DNA of 10,841 nt from a virus (Duplodnaviria; Heunggongvirae; Uroviricota; Caudoviricetes). The stretch lies in the IMG/VR virus record IMGVR_UViG_3300047189_000028, one strand, 5' to 3'. The translations under genes were made by a program, and so were the position numbers. Under the pieces are notes generated by a model. It was not told the DNA's origin. It worked only from the letters and a program-made list of their open reading frames with translations, and searched no databases. Numbering within the stretch: position 1 is the stretch's first letter; each line of letters starts with the position of its first letter. Below, piece by piece: positions 1-6,217 of this stretch.

Positions 1-713
1 GTGATAGTGCTGTGTTCAGCGGCCGGGATAGAGAATCCTGCCATCGGTTCCCTATAGAATTCTGCGGCGTCAAGAATGCCTTCCACAGTATCCGAACCCA
101 TGAAGTTCACAAGGTGAGCAGCACCAGCAATACCAGCGCTTTCGAATGAACTTACACCACGCGCACCGAAGTCGTGCAACTTGAATGGGAGAAGAGACGG
201 ATCACCAGTGGATTCCAAGTACGACTTGATCGTCTGCTTCATCGCATACGAATTCGTTGCAACGGTCGTACCGTACCACACCGCACGAAGAAGTGCAGTC
301 TCGAGGTAGGAGACGAGCCAGACAAGGTTGCCGTCAACCTCCGCCTGTTCAGTCAGCTCAACCGAAACGAGAATGTTGTGTGTTGGGACAACAGTGCCTT
401 CAGGTACCGCACAAATGCGGACGGGCATGTAGCCATTGTACTTGTCGAGAATGTGCTGCCAGCCAGCACGATTGAAAATATTCGGACCAACGTGTGCACC
501 GATAAACGTATCGGCCTCATCGATGTCTGCCTGTGTGATTGGTTTCGACAGAACTTCCTTGAGGAAAATCTGGAGGCCAAACATCACGGTTGCGGGATGG
601 TCGCCACCACGAGACTCGATGTATGAGAGCTGGTTGGTTGCACCTTTTGGATACTGCTTCCAATGGGAAGGCTTGTAAGAGTCAGTGTTGAGAATGAGAT
701 TCAAAATGTTCAT
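1..713 (-). CDS. nadV: Nicotinamide phosphoribosyltransferase (Nampt/NadV); 3' end truncated by the window edge
   Basis: Not in the ORF track. Manual translation from the ATG at 713 is open to the edge for 237 codons: MNILNLILNTDSYKPSHWKQYP...ESRGG...GLQ...VPEG...LETALLRAVWYGTTVAT...KLHDFGARGVSS...AHLVNFMGSDT...GFSIPAAEHSTIT. These are hallmark NAMPT motifs. SD AAGGAG (720-725) lies 6 nt upstream. Confidence 0.95.
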   Translation of the reverse strand, partial: MNILNLILNTDSYKPSHWKQYPKGATNQLSYIESRGGDHPATVMFGLQIFLKEVLSKPITQADIDEADTFIGAHVGPNIFNRAGWQHILDKYNGYMPVRICAVPEGTVVPTHNILVSVELTEQAEVDGNLVWLVSYLETALLRAVWYGTTVATNSYAMKQTIKSYLESTGDPSLLPFKLHDFGARGVSSFESAGIAGAAHLVNFMGSDTVEGILDAAEFYREPMAGFSIPAAEHSTI

Positions 714-770
714 AGAAAGCTCCTTTCTACTGTGTAATACTCGCAAGGTCTATCCTCTTGAGCGTCTATC
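713..770 (-). promoter_or_regulatory. Structured nadV leader: GG-AUAGA-CC hairpin, a second GAUAGAC copy and an SD-sequestering hairpin
   Basis: Minus strand CTCAAGAGG-ATAGA-CCTTGCGAG (740-762) can fold into a hairpin. A second GATAGAC sits at 764-770. TAGAAAG-GAG-CTTTCTA (713-729) is a 7-bp stem that covers the SD and the A of the ATG. Confidence 0.6.
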
Positions 771-798
771 TCCGAATACAAATCCTGTATTAGGCGCT

Positions 799-827
799 AT
801 TATATATGATCAACCCACAGAAGACAA
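799..827 (-). promoter_or_regulatory. Sigma70-type promoter for nadV
   Basis: TTGTCT (827-822), 17-nt spacer, TATAAT (804-799), directly upstream of the nadV leader. Confidence 0.7.
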
Positions 828-834
828 CAGCAAG

Positions 835-1023
835 TTATTGGCCCTTTTGGGTACCTTTTCTCATCTTCTTTTGTGGCGCGGCCTTCGTAACGATCACCTT
901 TTGCTTGAGGTGTTCTGATTGTATTTGTGGAATATGTTTGTCTTTTTGACCTGGGTGTTGGCTCGCCATTTCCTTCAACATCTTTTCTAACTCGTCAATC
1001 GATGGGATCTTGTTTTTGGGCAT
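835..1023 (-). CDS. Small basic hypothetical protein (62 aa)
   Basis: ATG 2 nt after the stop of the 446-aa gene, with AGGA upstream. It fills the gap in the co-directional run. No recognisable domain. Confidence 0.6.
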   Translation of the reverse strand: MPKNKIPSIDELEKMLKEMASQHPGQKDKHIPQIQSEHLKQKVIVTKAAPQKKMRKGTQKGQ

Positions 1024-1025
1024 AC

Positions 1026-2366
1026 TTAGATTCCTGTATATTGTTTCAACTCTTGCATGTACTTACCAACATAACCCTCTGCGGTATTACCACTACGGAA
1101 TTCACTCATTCCAACGTTGTACGCAGCAACTGCAGCATCACGATGGCGCAACTTCTTGTAGTACAAATGGAGGATGTCTGAGCCTGTGGAAATCTGCTTT
1201 TCGATGTCACCTTGAAGATCAGCTGCGTCCATTCCCCACACCTTTGGGCGAACTTGCATTAGACCAACTGCTGGGTCGCGTCTTAGACCAGAAACTGCAT
1301 CAGGGTCAAAACTACTCTCGACACCAATGATAGCAAGAATGTCTTCTGCTTTCGGGAATGTTGTCTTTTCGTATTTGTGAGCAAGTCTAACGATCTCAAG
1401 AGCATCGTCTGGATCGACTTTATATTTCGCTGAAATCATTTGAGCCATTTTCTGTTTTTCGGGTGAAGCCTGTGGCTTGGGTGCTGGAAGAACTACAGCT
1501 GGTTCTGGTTTTTGTTGAATTTGTGGAGTAGGGTCCATTTGAGTCTTCATTGGATTGCCCATCAGTGAAGCACCAATAGCACCTGCCGCAACAGCGTGCT
1601 TGAGATTGAACCCTTCAAACTGATCACGTTTTGGTTGCTGGAGCTTAAGATGATATCTACTTGCAAGTGCTCCAGCTGTTGATCCTTTGATATCGTATTT
1701 GAATTTTTCAAATTGATCCTGATTCATTCTACGAATTAGCTGATCAATTTGTTGCATGTCAAAATATCCTTGATTATATGCTTGCTTTGCAGGCATACCA
1801 CGCAATCGTTGCTGCAATCCGTGTTGTAACTTCTGTTGCAACCGTTCGTTCCAGGTTTGGTCTTCTCTTTCCTTGTTTGCTTGACGAACACGATCGGCTT
1901 CAATCTCTTCGGGAGTTGGTGGAGCTGGTGGTACGTATTCTACCCGAGATGGTTCCTTGCGTTCCTTGCGTTCCTTCTTAGGACGTTCCTTCTTCTTTGT
2001 TAGTTCTGGATATTGTTCTTTTGCTTTGTGCCATACAGTACCAGGAAAGAAGGAGGGACCGTTAATGCTATCTTCTTTTTCTTTGCGTAGTTGATTACGC
2101 AATGCCATAGCGAGTGGTTCATTATCAACGATTTGTAAGATTTCGAATTCAATCTTGTCTTCATTACCATCGTTGGCATCGATTAGTTCGTTTGAACCTC
2201 TATTTTGAAGACTGTTTTTGTTTTGGAAAAATGAATGTTTTACAGATTCAACATCTGTTCCACGACGAGCATAGCCGTAATAACTCATATCTGAATCAGG
2301 ACCGTATGCTCGATACAGAGCACAAGGTGGTGAATCATTTTCCGATAATAGTTCGTATACTTTCAT
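1026..2366 (-). CDS. Multidomain protein: degenerate GIY-YIG-like N-terminus, charged linker and C-terminal SLT-type lytic transglycosylase
   Basis: The C-terminus has the SLT motifs ILAIIGVESSF (catalytic Glu), AVGLMQV and AAVAAYNVG. The N-terminus has ALYRAY...YYGY and FEILQIV...SIN, which resemble GIY-YIG. The SLT call is strong; the GIY-YIG-like call is weak. Confidence 0.85.
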   Translation of the reverse strand: MKVYELLSENDSPPCALYRAYGPDSDMSYYGYARRGTDVESVKHSFFQNKNSLQNRGSNELIDANDGNEDKIEFEILQIVDNEPLAMALRNQLRKEKEDSINGPSFFPGTVWHKAKEQYPELTKKKERPKKERKERKEPSRVEYVPPAPPTPEEIEADRVRQANKEREDQTWNERLQQKLQHGLQQRLRGMPAKQAYNQGYFDMQQIDQLIRRMNQDQFEKFKYDIKGSTAGALASRYHLKLQQPKRDQFEGFNLKHAVAAGAIGASLMGNPMKTQMDPTPQIQQKPEPAVVLPAPKPQASPEKQKMAQMISAKYKVDPDDALEIVRLAHKYEKTTFPKAEDILAIIGVESSFDPDAVSGLRRDPAVGLMQVRPKVWGMDAADLQGDIEKQISTGSDILHLYYKKLRHRDAAVAAYNVGMSEFRSGNTAEGYVGKYMQELKQYTGI

Positions 2367-2368
2367 TT

Positions 2369-2402
2369 GGGGTCATAATCCTTTGCTTCCACCCCGTATT
2401 TA
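2369..2402 (-). promoter_or_regulatory. Putative late-promoter core TAAATA followed by a GGGGT/ACCCC stem over the ribosome-binding region
   Basis: Minus strand TAAATA (2402-2397) c GGGGT...AAGGA...ACCCC aa ATG, inside a 39-nt intergenic gap. Confidence 0.4.
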
Positions 2403-2405
2403 CGA

Positions 2406-2753
2406 TTAGTTTTCGATCTCGTCCTTGTGATCACCAGTTACAACCTTTCCATGGAAGAATGCGTCGGGAATAAACTTAGTTTCCTGTTGATCAACAAGAG
2501 GCAGGAAGTGCTTCATCTCTTCGTGTTTGTCGGCTGGAAGCCAAAGGAAATGGGGCCACTTGATGTCTGTTCGACTAGATCTGCACCAACGAATCACTAA
2601 GTAGCTACCTGGAGTATCTACCCAACGACGAACTGCCCAAGTAAGACAATTGTCAATTCGAGGTTTCCTTGTGAGTCTTCTTGTTACCTCAATGTATGGC
2701 CAGATTATCAGAAAGAGTAATCCCCATCCAACTAATCTTACGAATGCCCACAT
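2406..2753 (-). CDS. Hypothetical protein with an N-terminal hydrophobic segment (115 aa)
   Basis: The ATG at 2753 has GGAG (2763-2760) 6 nt upstream, so it is preferred to the track's TTG at 2765. MWAFVRLVGWGLLFLIIWPY looks like a membrane anchor. Confidence 0.7.
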   Translation of the reverse strand: MWAFVRLVGWGLLFLIIWPYIEVTRRLTRKPRIDNCLTWAVRRWVDTPGSYLVIRWCRSSRTDIKWPHFLWLPADKHEEMKHFLPLVDQQETKFIPDAFFHGKVVTGDHKDEIEN

Positions 2754-2767
2754 GGCGATCTCCAATC

Positions 2768-3292
2768 TTACATCATATTAATATGTGACATAATTGTTTG
2801 TAGTGTTTGTTTATCAGCAGGAATCGTTTCGTATTTAACACCTGTCTCGCTTAGTGCATCAAGAATTAAATTGTCTACACGAACGGACTCGCTGAAATCT
2901 TGTACTCTACCAACACTACTAAAGTTTGGTGGACGCGAGATAAAGAAGTTGACGTTGTTGTAGCGATTAAATGTTTCGATCGCGTACTGGTCGAAATGAT
3001 CTCCAGGTGATGTGTTGTAAATCTTTGGATAGATCAACGAAAGAAGCAACGGACTATCGGTAATTGCCCACTCAACTTTATCCTTAAGAATAAACTGACG
3101 AAGGTTTTGCTTGGCAAATACATATTCCTGTTTTGAGTTTAGGAATGTAACACGATCAGAGTACACAAGCTCTTTTGCATATTCGGTGATTAGCTCAACG
3201 TTCATGTGTTTGAGCTTCATCTGATAAAAAAGACCAGCAGCAGTCGTTGATTTGCCAGAGCCAGGTCCACCAAAAAGATTAATCACCTTCAT
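2768..3292 (-). CDS. P-loop NTPase/kinase, NadR/AAA_28-like
   Basis: Walker A GGPGSGKST, then TEYAKELV and WAITDSPLLL, followed by an R-x-Q lid-like segment. This pattern is typical of the phage NadR-kinase-like AAA_28 family. SD GGAG lies 5 nt upstream. Confidence 0.8.
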   Translation of the reverse strand: MKVINLFGGPGSGKSTTAAGLFYQMKLKHMNVELITEYAKELVYSDRVTFLNSKQEYVFAKQNLRQFILKDKVEWAITDSPLLLSLIYPKIYNTSPGDHFDQYAIETFNRYNNVNFFISRPPNFSSVGRVQDFSESVRVDNLILDALSETGVKYETIPADKQTLQTIMSHINMM

Positions 3293-3319
3293 ATAGTCTC
3301 CAGTATATGGAGCTATTTA
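3293..3319 (-). promoter_or_regulatory. TAAATA box overlapping an SD-occluding hairpin upstream of the kinase
   Basis: Minus strand TAAATA (3319-3314), then ATAG-CTCCA-TATAC-TGGAG-A-CTAT-ATG: a 9-bp stem with one bulge that pairs the GGAG SD. Confidence 0.55.
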
Positions 3320-3559
3320 TTCAATCTTCTGATATGTCTCTCGGAAGATGTCATCTTGAACAGGCCAGTATTCACCACGAGCTCCTGGACCAACTATCCA
3401 ACAGCCTGGAGTGAGTTTCAACTGAGCTTCCAGCGAATCAACGACCCAGTAAAACCCATCGCTGTATACTCCAGCGGGAATAACCTTTTCGTTATCATCA
3501 GGGCCATTCCACTGAATGGCCCTGACAGGGATTGGCTTTTTGATGTACATGTCGTTCAT
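3317..3559 (-). CDS. Conserved small phage protein (KKP...AIQW...GE.WP...IF..TY family)
   Basis: Shows the YIKKPIPVRAIQW / SLEAQLKLTPGCWIV / GEYWPVQDDIFRETY pattern common in phage hypothetical proteins. TAATG overlap with the NMNAT stop. Confidence 0.8.
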   Translation of the reverse strand: MNDMYIKKPIPVRAIQWNGPDDNEKVIPAGVYSDGFYWVVDSLEAQLKLTPGCWIVGPGARGEYWPVQDDIFRETYQKIE

Positions 3560-4617
3560 TACACACGACCCAAGAAGTATGAGACGATGTAGTGGTGATC
3601 TTCAAACATTTGATCTTCCATCTTCTCAAAGTCTGACAACGAGACCCATTTTGCCTTGACAGCATCGTCGCTACCCTTAACGGTAGGTAGTGGACCTGCA
3701 GGCAGTTCGATCAAAAACGCGTTCGTAATTGTCCGACCACGAAGCGAACGACCAGGTGCATCAAATACGTGGCGGGCCTTGATGCTGCCACGAAGAACCG
3801 GATCAGGAACCTTGATCTTCGTTTCTTCGCGAAGCTCACGAATCATCCCGTTCTCGATTGTTTCGTTGACATTGACGAACCCACCAGGCATTGCGTAGAG
3901 ACCCTCACCAGGTGCAGAACGACGACGAACGAGTAATACGTGGCCAGACTGTATAACAACAGCGTCACAAGTCTGGAAGATTACTGGATACGGAGAAACC
4001 TCCCACTGCTGTTTGTATTCCTTGATGTGAGTATACTCCCGAACAAGCCGTTCATATTCCTTCTTAGGAAACTTCTTGTAGATGAACGAGTGCACATCTG
4101 TGTTGAGTGCACCGGAAGTAAATGTTGGGGACTGACCACTCAGCCACATATCGCGAACTGTCGATGCATCGATTGTATCAATATAGCTGCGACCGACTTC
4201 AATGAAATCCCACTGCGGAAATGCGTTGAGGTACCAGCTAGACTGATCCTTGTCGTGGCCGATGATGCCAACCTTCAACGGACTCTTGCCCTCGAATGGC
4301 GGCTTGATTGTTGGCATCAGCAAATCAACATGCTTCTGAACTTCCTGCATCCACTTGTTATCGTTGTACAGATAATCGCGGAGCGGGCGAATTGTCAATC
4401 GAGAGAGGTGCTGCGGATCGAGACTCATCTCGATCATCTGACGACGCTCTTCGTACGTGAATGGATTCTTGATTGTTCGCGGCTGATAGGACGAGCCAAC
4501 GAGCACGAGAACTTGTTTTGCCTGTTCCAGTGCGAGTTCAATAACTCGACGATGACCAACGTGGAACGGCTGAAACCGCCCAATGAATACTAATAGATCG
4601 TGTGTTCTTTCTTTCAT
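3559..4617 (-). CDS. nadM: Bifunctional NMN adenylyltransferase / Nudix ADP-ribose pyrophosphatase (NadM-Nudix, NatV-like)
   Basis: GRFQPFHVGH (HxGH), KNPFTYEER, IIGHDKD and DASTVR in the NMNAT domain. Nudix box GGFVNVNETIENGMIRELREET, plus RGRTIT, GSDDA and FEDH. Start placed at the ATG at 4617, with GGAGGA (4630-4625) 7 nt upstream. Confidence 0.95.
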   Translation of the reverse strand: MKERTHDLLVFIGRFQPFHVGHRRVIELALEQAKQVLVLVGSSYQPRTIKNPFTYEERRQMIEMSLDPQHLSRLTIRPLRDYLYNDNKWMQEVQKHVDLLMPTIKPPFEGKSPLKVGIIGHDKDQSSWYLNAFPQWDFIEVGRSYIDTIDASTVRDMWLSGQSPTFTSGALNTDVHSFIYKKFPKKEYERLVREYTHIKEYKQQWEVSPYPVIFQTCDAVVIQSGHVLLVRRRSAPGEGLYAMPGGFVNVNETIENGMIRELREETKIKVPDPVLRGSIKARHVFDAPGRSLRGRTITNAFLIELPAGPLPTVKGSDDAVKAKWVSLSDFEKMEDQMFEDHHYIVSYFLGRV

Positions 4618-4665
4618 TTGGAAATCCTCCAAATTCGACGTTATGCAACAGGTCTATCCCATTGC
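4617..4665 (-). promoter_or_regulatory. Structured nadM leader: GG-AUAGA-CC hairpin and SD-sequestering hairpin
   Basis: GCAATGGG-ATAGA-CCTGTTGC (4665-4645) is an uninterrupted 8-bp stem including two G.U pairs. TTTGGA-GGATT-TCCAAA (4633-4617) covers the SD and the A of the ATG. Confidence 0.65.
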
Positions 4666-4672
4666 GTACTGG

Positions 4673-4703
4673 TATTTATACACCATCCAGGAGGTTTTGT
4701 CAA
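4673..4703 (-). promoter_or_regulatory. Sigma70 promoter whose -10 element lies within a T4-late-like TATAAATA
   Basis: TTGACA (4703-4698), 17 nt, TATAAA (4680-4675). The -10 extends to TATAAATA (4680-4673). Confidence 0.75.
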
Positions 4704-4714
4704 CTCCTGGATGG
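4683..4714. repeat. Perfect 11-bp inverted repeat flanking the -35 box
   Basis: CCATCCAGGAG (4683-4693) and CTCCTGGATGG (4704-4714). The 10-nt loop contains TGTCAA. Confidence 0.85.
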
Positions 4715-4726
4715 GATATGGGTCAA

Positions 4727-5218
4727 TTACTCTTCGGAAGTCAACGGAAACGGACTGACCGTAATTCGATCTTCGATATAGACTGGAGCGACTTCTTCGG
4801 GCTTCTTTGGATTTGCACAGAGAACCCACGTGCCTTCAGCTGAAGCAGGACTGTACAAGCCATTTGGATCAGCCTGGGGAAGTGTGAGATATGCGCCACT
4901 GTAAGGATGGGAAAACATCTGTGGGTTCGTATACTGTGTCGCATACGGAATGCCATAACCGATGCTGTTGCACCGCTTGTGCAGTTTGCCGTTGAGATCC
5001 GTGATGTACGTGATCGTAACAATCTTCGTATCACGAAGCTCAAGGATCTGCTTGAGCACACGCTTTTCCTGGAAGTTCACAATTGCAGGAAGACCAACTT
5101 GCTGAACGCCTTGCATGGTCTGCTGTTCCTGTTTCTGAGCTTCAATCTCCGTTGCCGTCGGAGGACCGCAAGCAGCAAGAAGAAGGACGAGCGGAAGTGA
5201 AAGTAGAATTTTCTTCAT
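4727..5218 (-). CDS. Lipoprotein of unknown function
   Basis: MKK, a hydrophobic stretch and a LAAC lipobox. SD GAGGT. Two further Cys residues in the mature part. Confidence 0.85.
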   Translation of the reverse strand: MKKILLSLPLVLLLAACGPPTATEIEAQKQEQQTMQGVQQVGLPAIVNFQEKRVLKQILELRDTKIVTITYITDLNGKLHKRCNSIGYGIPYATQYTNPQMFSHPYSGAYLTLPQADPNGLYSPASAEGTWVLCANPKKPEEVAPVYIEDRITVSPFPLTSEE

Positions 5219-5230
5219 GGTGTGAATACC

Positions 5231-5554
5231 TCAGTTTGAGTTGGTGAGAGAATCGTAAAAGCTGAGCAGCTCCGGCGTCATTCGATCACGCGGATAACCA
5301 GCAAAGCGATGAAGTATTGTTCCCTTGAGAGCAGCACGCTGCTCAGGTTCAGCCTGCAAGTACATAAGGCGAAGATTCTCGAGATCGCGAACCATACCGT
5401 CGTTGAACTGCTGCGACTGGTGAAACACCTTGTTGTCGATTGCAGTCTGAGCAGGCGCGAAGATGCTGTAGTTCAGCAAACCAACGCCATTGAGGAAAAG
5501 AGTCAATGCAACAATACCGGCCAAAACGGCCAACGTATAACCAACGTACTTCAT
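5231..5554 (-). CDS. Membrane-anchored hypothetical protein
   Basis: N-terminal TM segment (TLAVLAGIVALTLFLNGVGLL) followed by a helical domain. Strong SD AGGAGG. Confidence 0.85.
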   Translation of the reverse strand: MKYVGYTLAVLAGIVALTLFLNGVGLLNYSIFAPAQTAIDNKVFHQSQQFNDGMVRDLENLRLMYLQAEPEQRAALKGTILHRFAGYPRDRMTPELLSFYDSLTNSN

Positions 5555-5562
5555 AGAGCCTC

Positions 5563-5784
5563 CTAGTTAGAACTTTTGGAACTATCACTGTTCCATAAAG
5601 TCATTCCGCCAAAATCATTAAGCCAGGCAGAAGTGATCATACAGCCACAGTAGATATTGTAGAGACTATACACGACCCATTTATATTTGTCAAGGTTAGG
5701 TACTTTATTGATTATCTTGGATGTTAGATCACCAAGAAAATAGAATAGGTAACAAGGAATGAATGCAAGGATTTTCTTAATCAT
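5563..5784 (-). CDS. Small hydrophobic hypothetical protein (73 aa)
   Basis: Start overlaps the upstream stop by 8 nt. The TAG stop overlaps the SD of the next gene. Aromatic/hydrophobic composition. Confidence 0.65.
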   Translation of the reverse strand: MIKKILAFIPCYLFYFLGDLTSKIINKVPNLDKYKWVVYSLYNIYCGCMITSAWLNDFGGMTLWNSDSSKSSN

Positions 5785-6127
5785 GATATGGTTTGTCCTT
5801 ATCAGCTACGATTACAACTCGTAGAGGAACACCATCGAATGTGATTGTCATCGTTCCCTTGGTCCAATCAGCTAACAGTTGTAGTTTTTCTTCTTTTGAC
5901 AGTTCCCTTCCGAGAACAGTTAACCTTGCATCGGCCCCATTGGTTTGAAACTTGTATCTTTGGTGTTGAGTTTCTTTCAACTCACGTAGAGAATTGATCT
6001 CCTCTATCAGGTTTGTTGCCTCTTCGGGTGAAACTTCAACATGCGAAGGGAGACCACCAAGTGTTTTGCCTTTGGTGATCATATCGACGATAGCCATAGT
6101 CCACTTGTTCTTAAACCGTATTAGCAT
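5777..6127 (-). CDS. Hypothetical protein (116 aa)
   Basis: ATG with GAGG 5 nt upstream. First gene of the leftward run after the divergent gap. Confidence 0.75.
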   Translation of the reverse strand: MLIRFKNKWTMAIVDMITKGKTLGGLPSHVEVSPEEATNLIEEINSLRELKETQHQRYKFQTNGADARLTVLGRELSKEEKLQLLADWTKGTMTITFDGVPLRVVIVADKDKPYHD

Positions 6128-6144
6128 AATTTCCTCTGATGGGT

Positions 6145-6209
6145 ACCTTACATAAATGGGGAGCTGGAGTCAAGTCCATGTTGTCAACCTAATTCTAATG
6201 GTTTATGGT
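6145..6209. promoter_or_regulatory. Divergent sigma70-like promoters
   Basis: Plus strand TTGTCA (6181-6186)-N17-TATGGT (6204-6209). Minus strand TTGACT (6173-6168)-N17-TAAGGT (6150-6145). Confidence 0.45.
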
Positions 6210-6217
6210 CCTAACTT

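Noticed and set aside
174-918. Plus-strand ORFs 174-626, 257-475, 436-678, 685-918 and the minus-strand ORF 353-580
   Set aside because: These are shadows of the Nampt frame and its leader. They have no motifs or SD.
1952-1993. 9-bp tandem repeat GTTCCTTGC (about 3 copies plus one offset copy)
   Set aside because: It is an in-frame coding repeat giving KERKERKE in a charged linker, not a regulatory or CRISPR repeat.
4618-4632. The track's longer start (MEDFQ) for NMNAT-Nudix
   Set aside because: It is a TTG start that would translate through the GGAGGA SD, which is ideally spaced for the ATG at 4617.
4641-4829. 62-aa minus-strand ORF crossing the nadM promoter and leader (possible leader peptide)
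   Set aside because: It starts inside the lipoprotein gene in another frame with no clear SD, upstream of the nadM promoter. There is no equivalent at nadV.
3656-4843. Plus-strand ORFs antisense to NMNAT-Nudix, including the 217-aa ORF at 3940-4593
   Set aside because: They are antisense to a well-supported enzyme, have no recognisable domain, and are expected from codon bias.
5563-5565. TAG stop, considered as a sign of stop-codon reassignment
   Set aside because: All long genes read normally in the standard code, and this TAG sits neatly at a gene junction overlapping the next SD.
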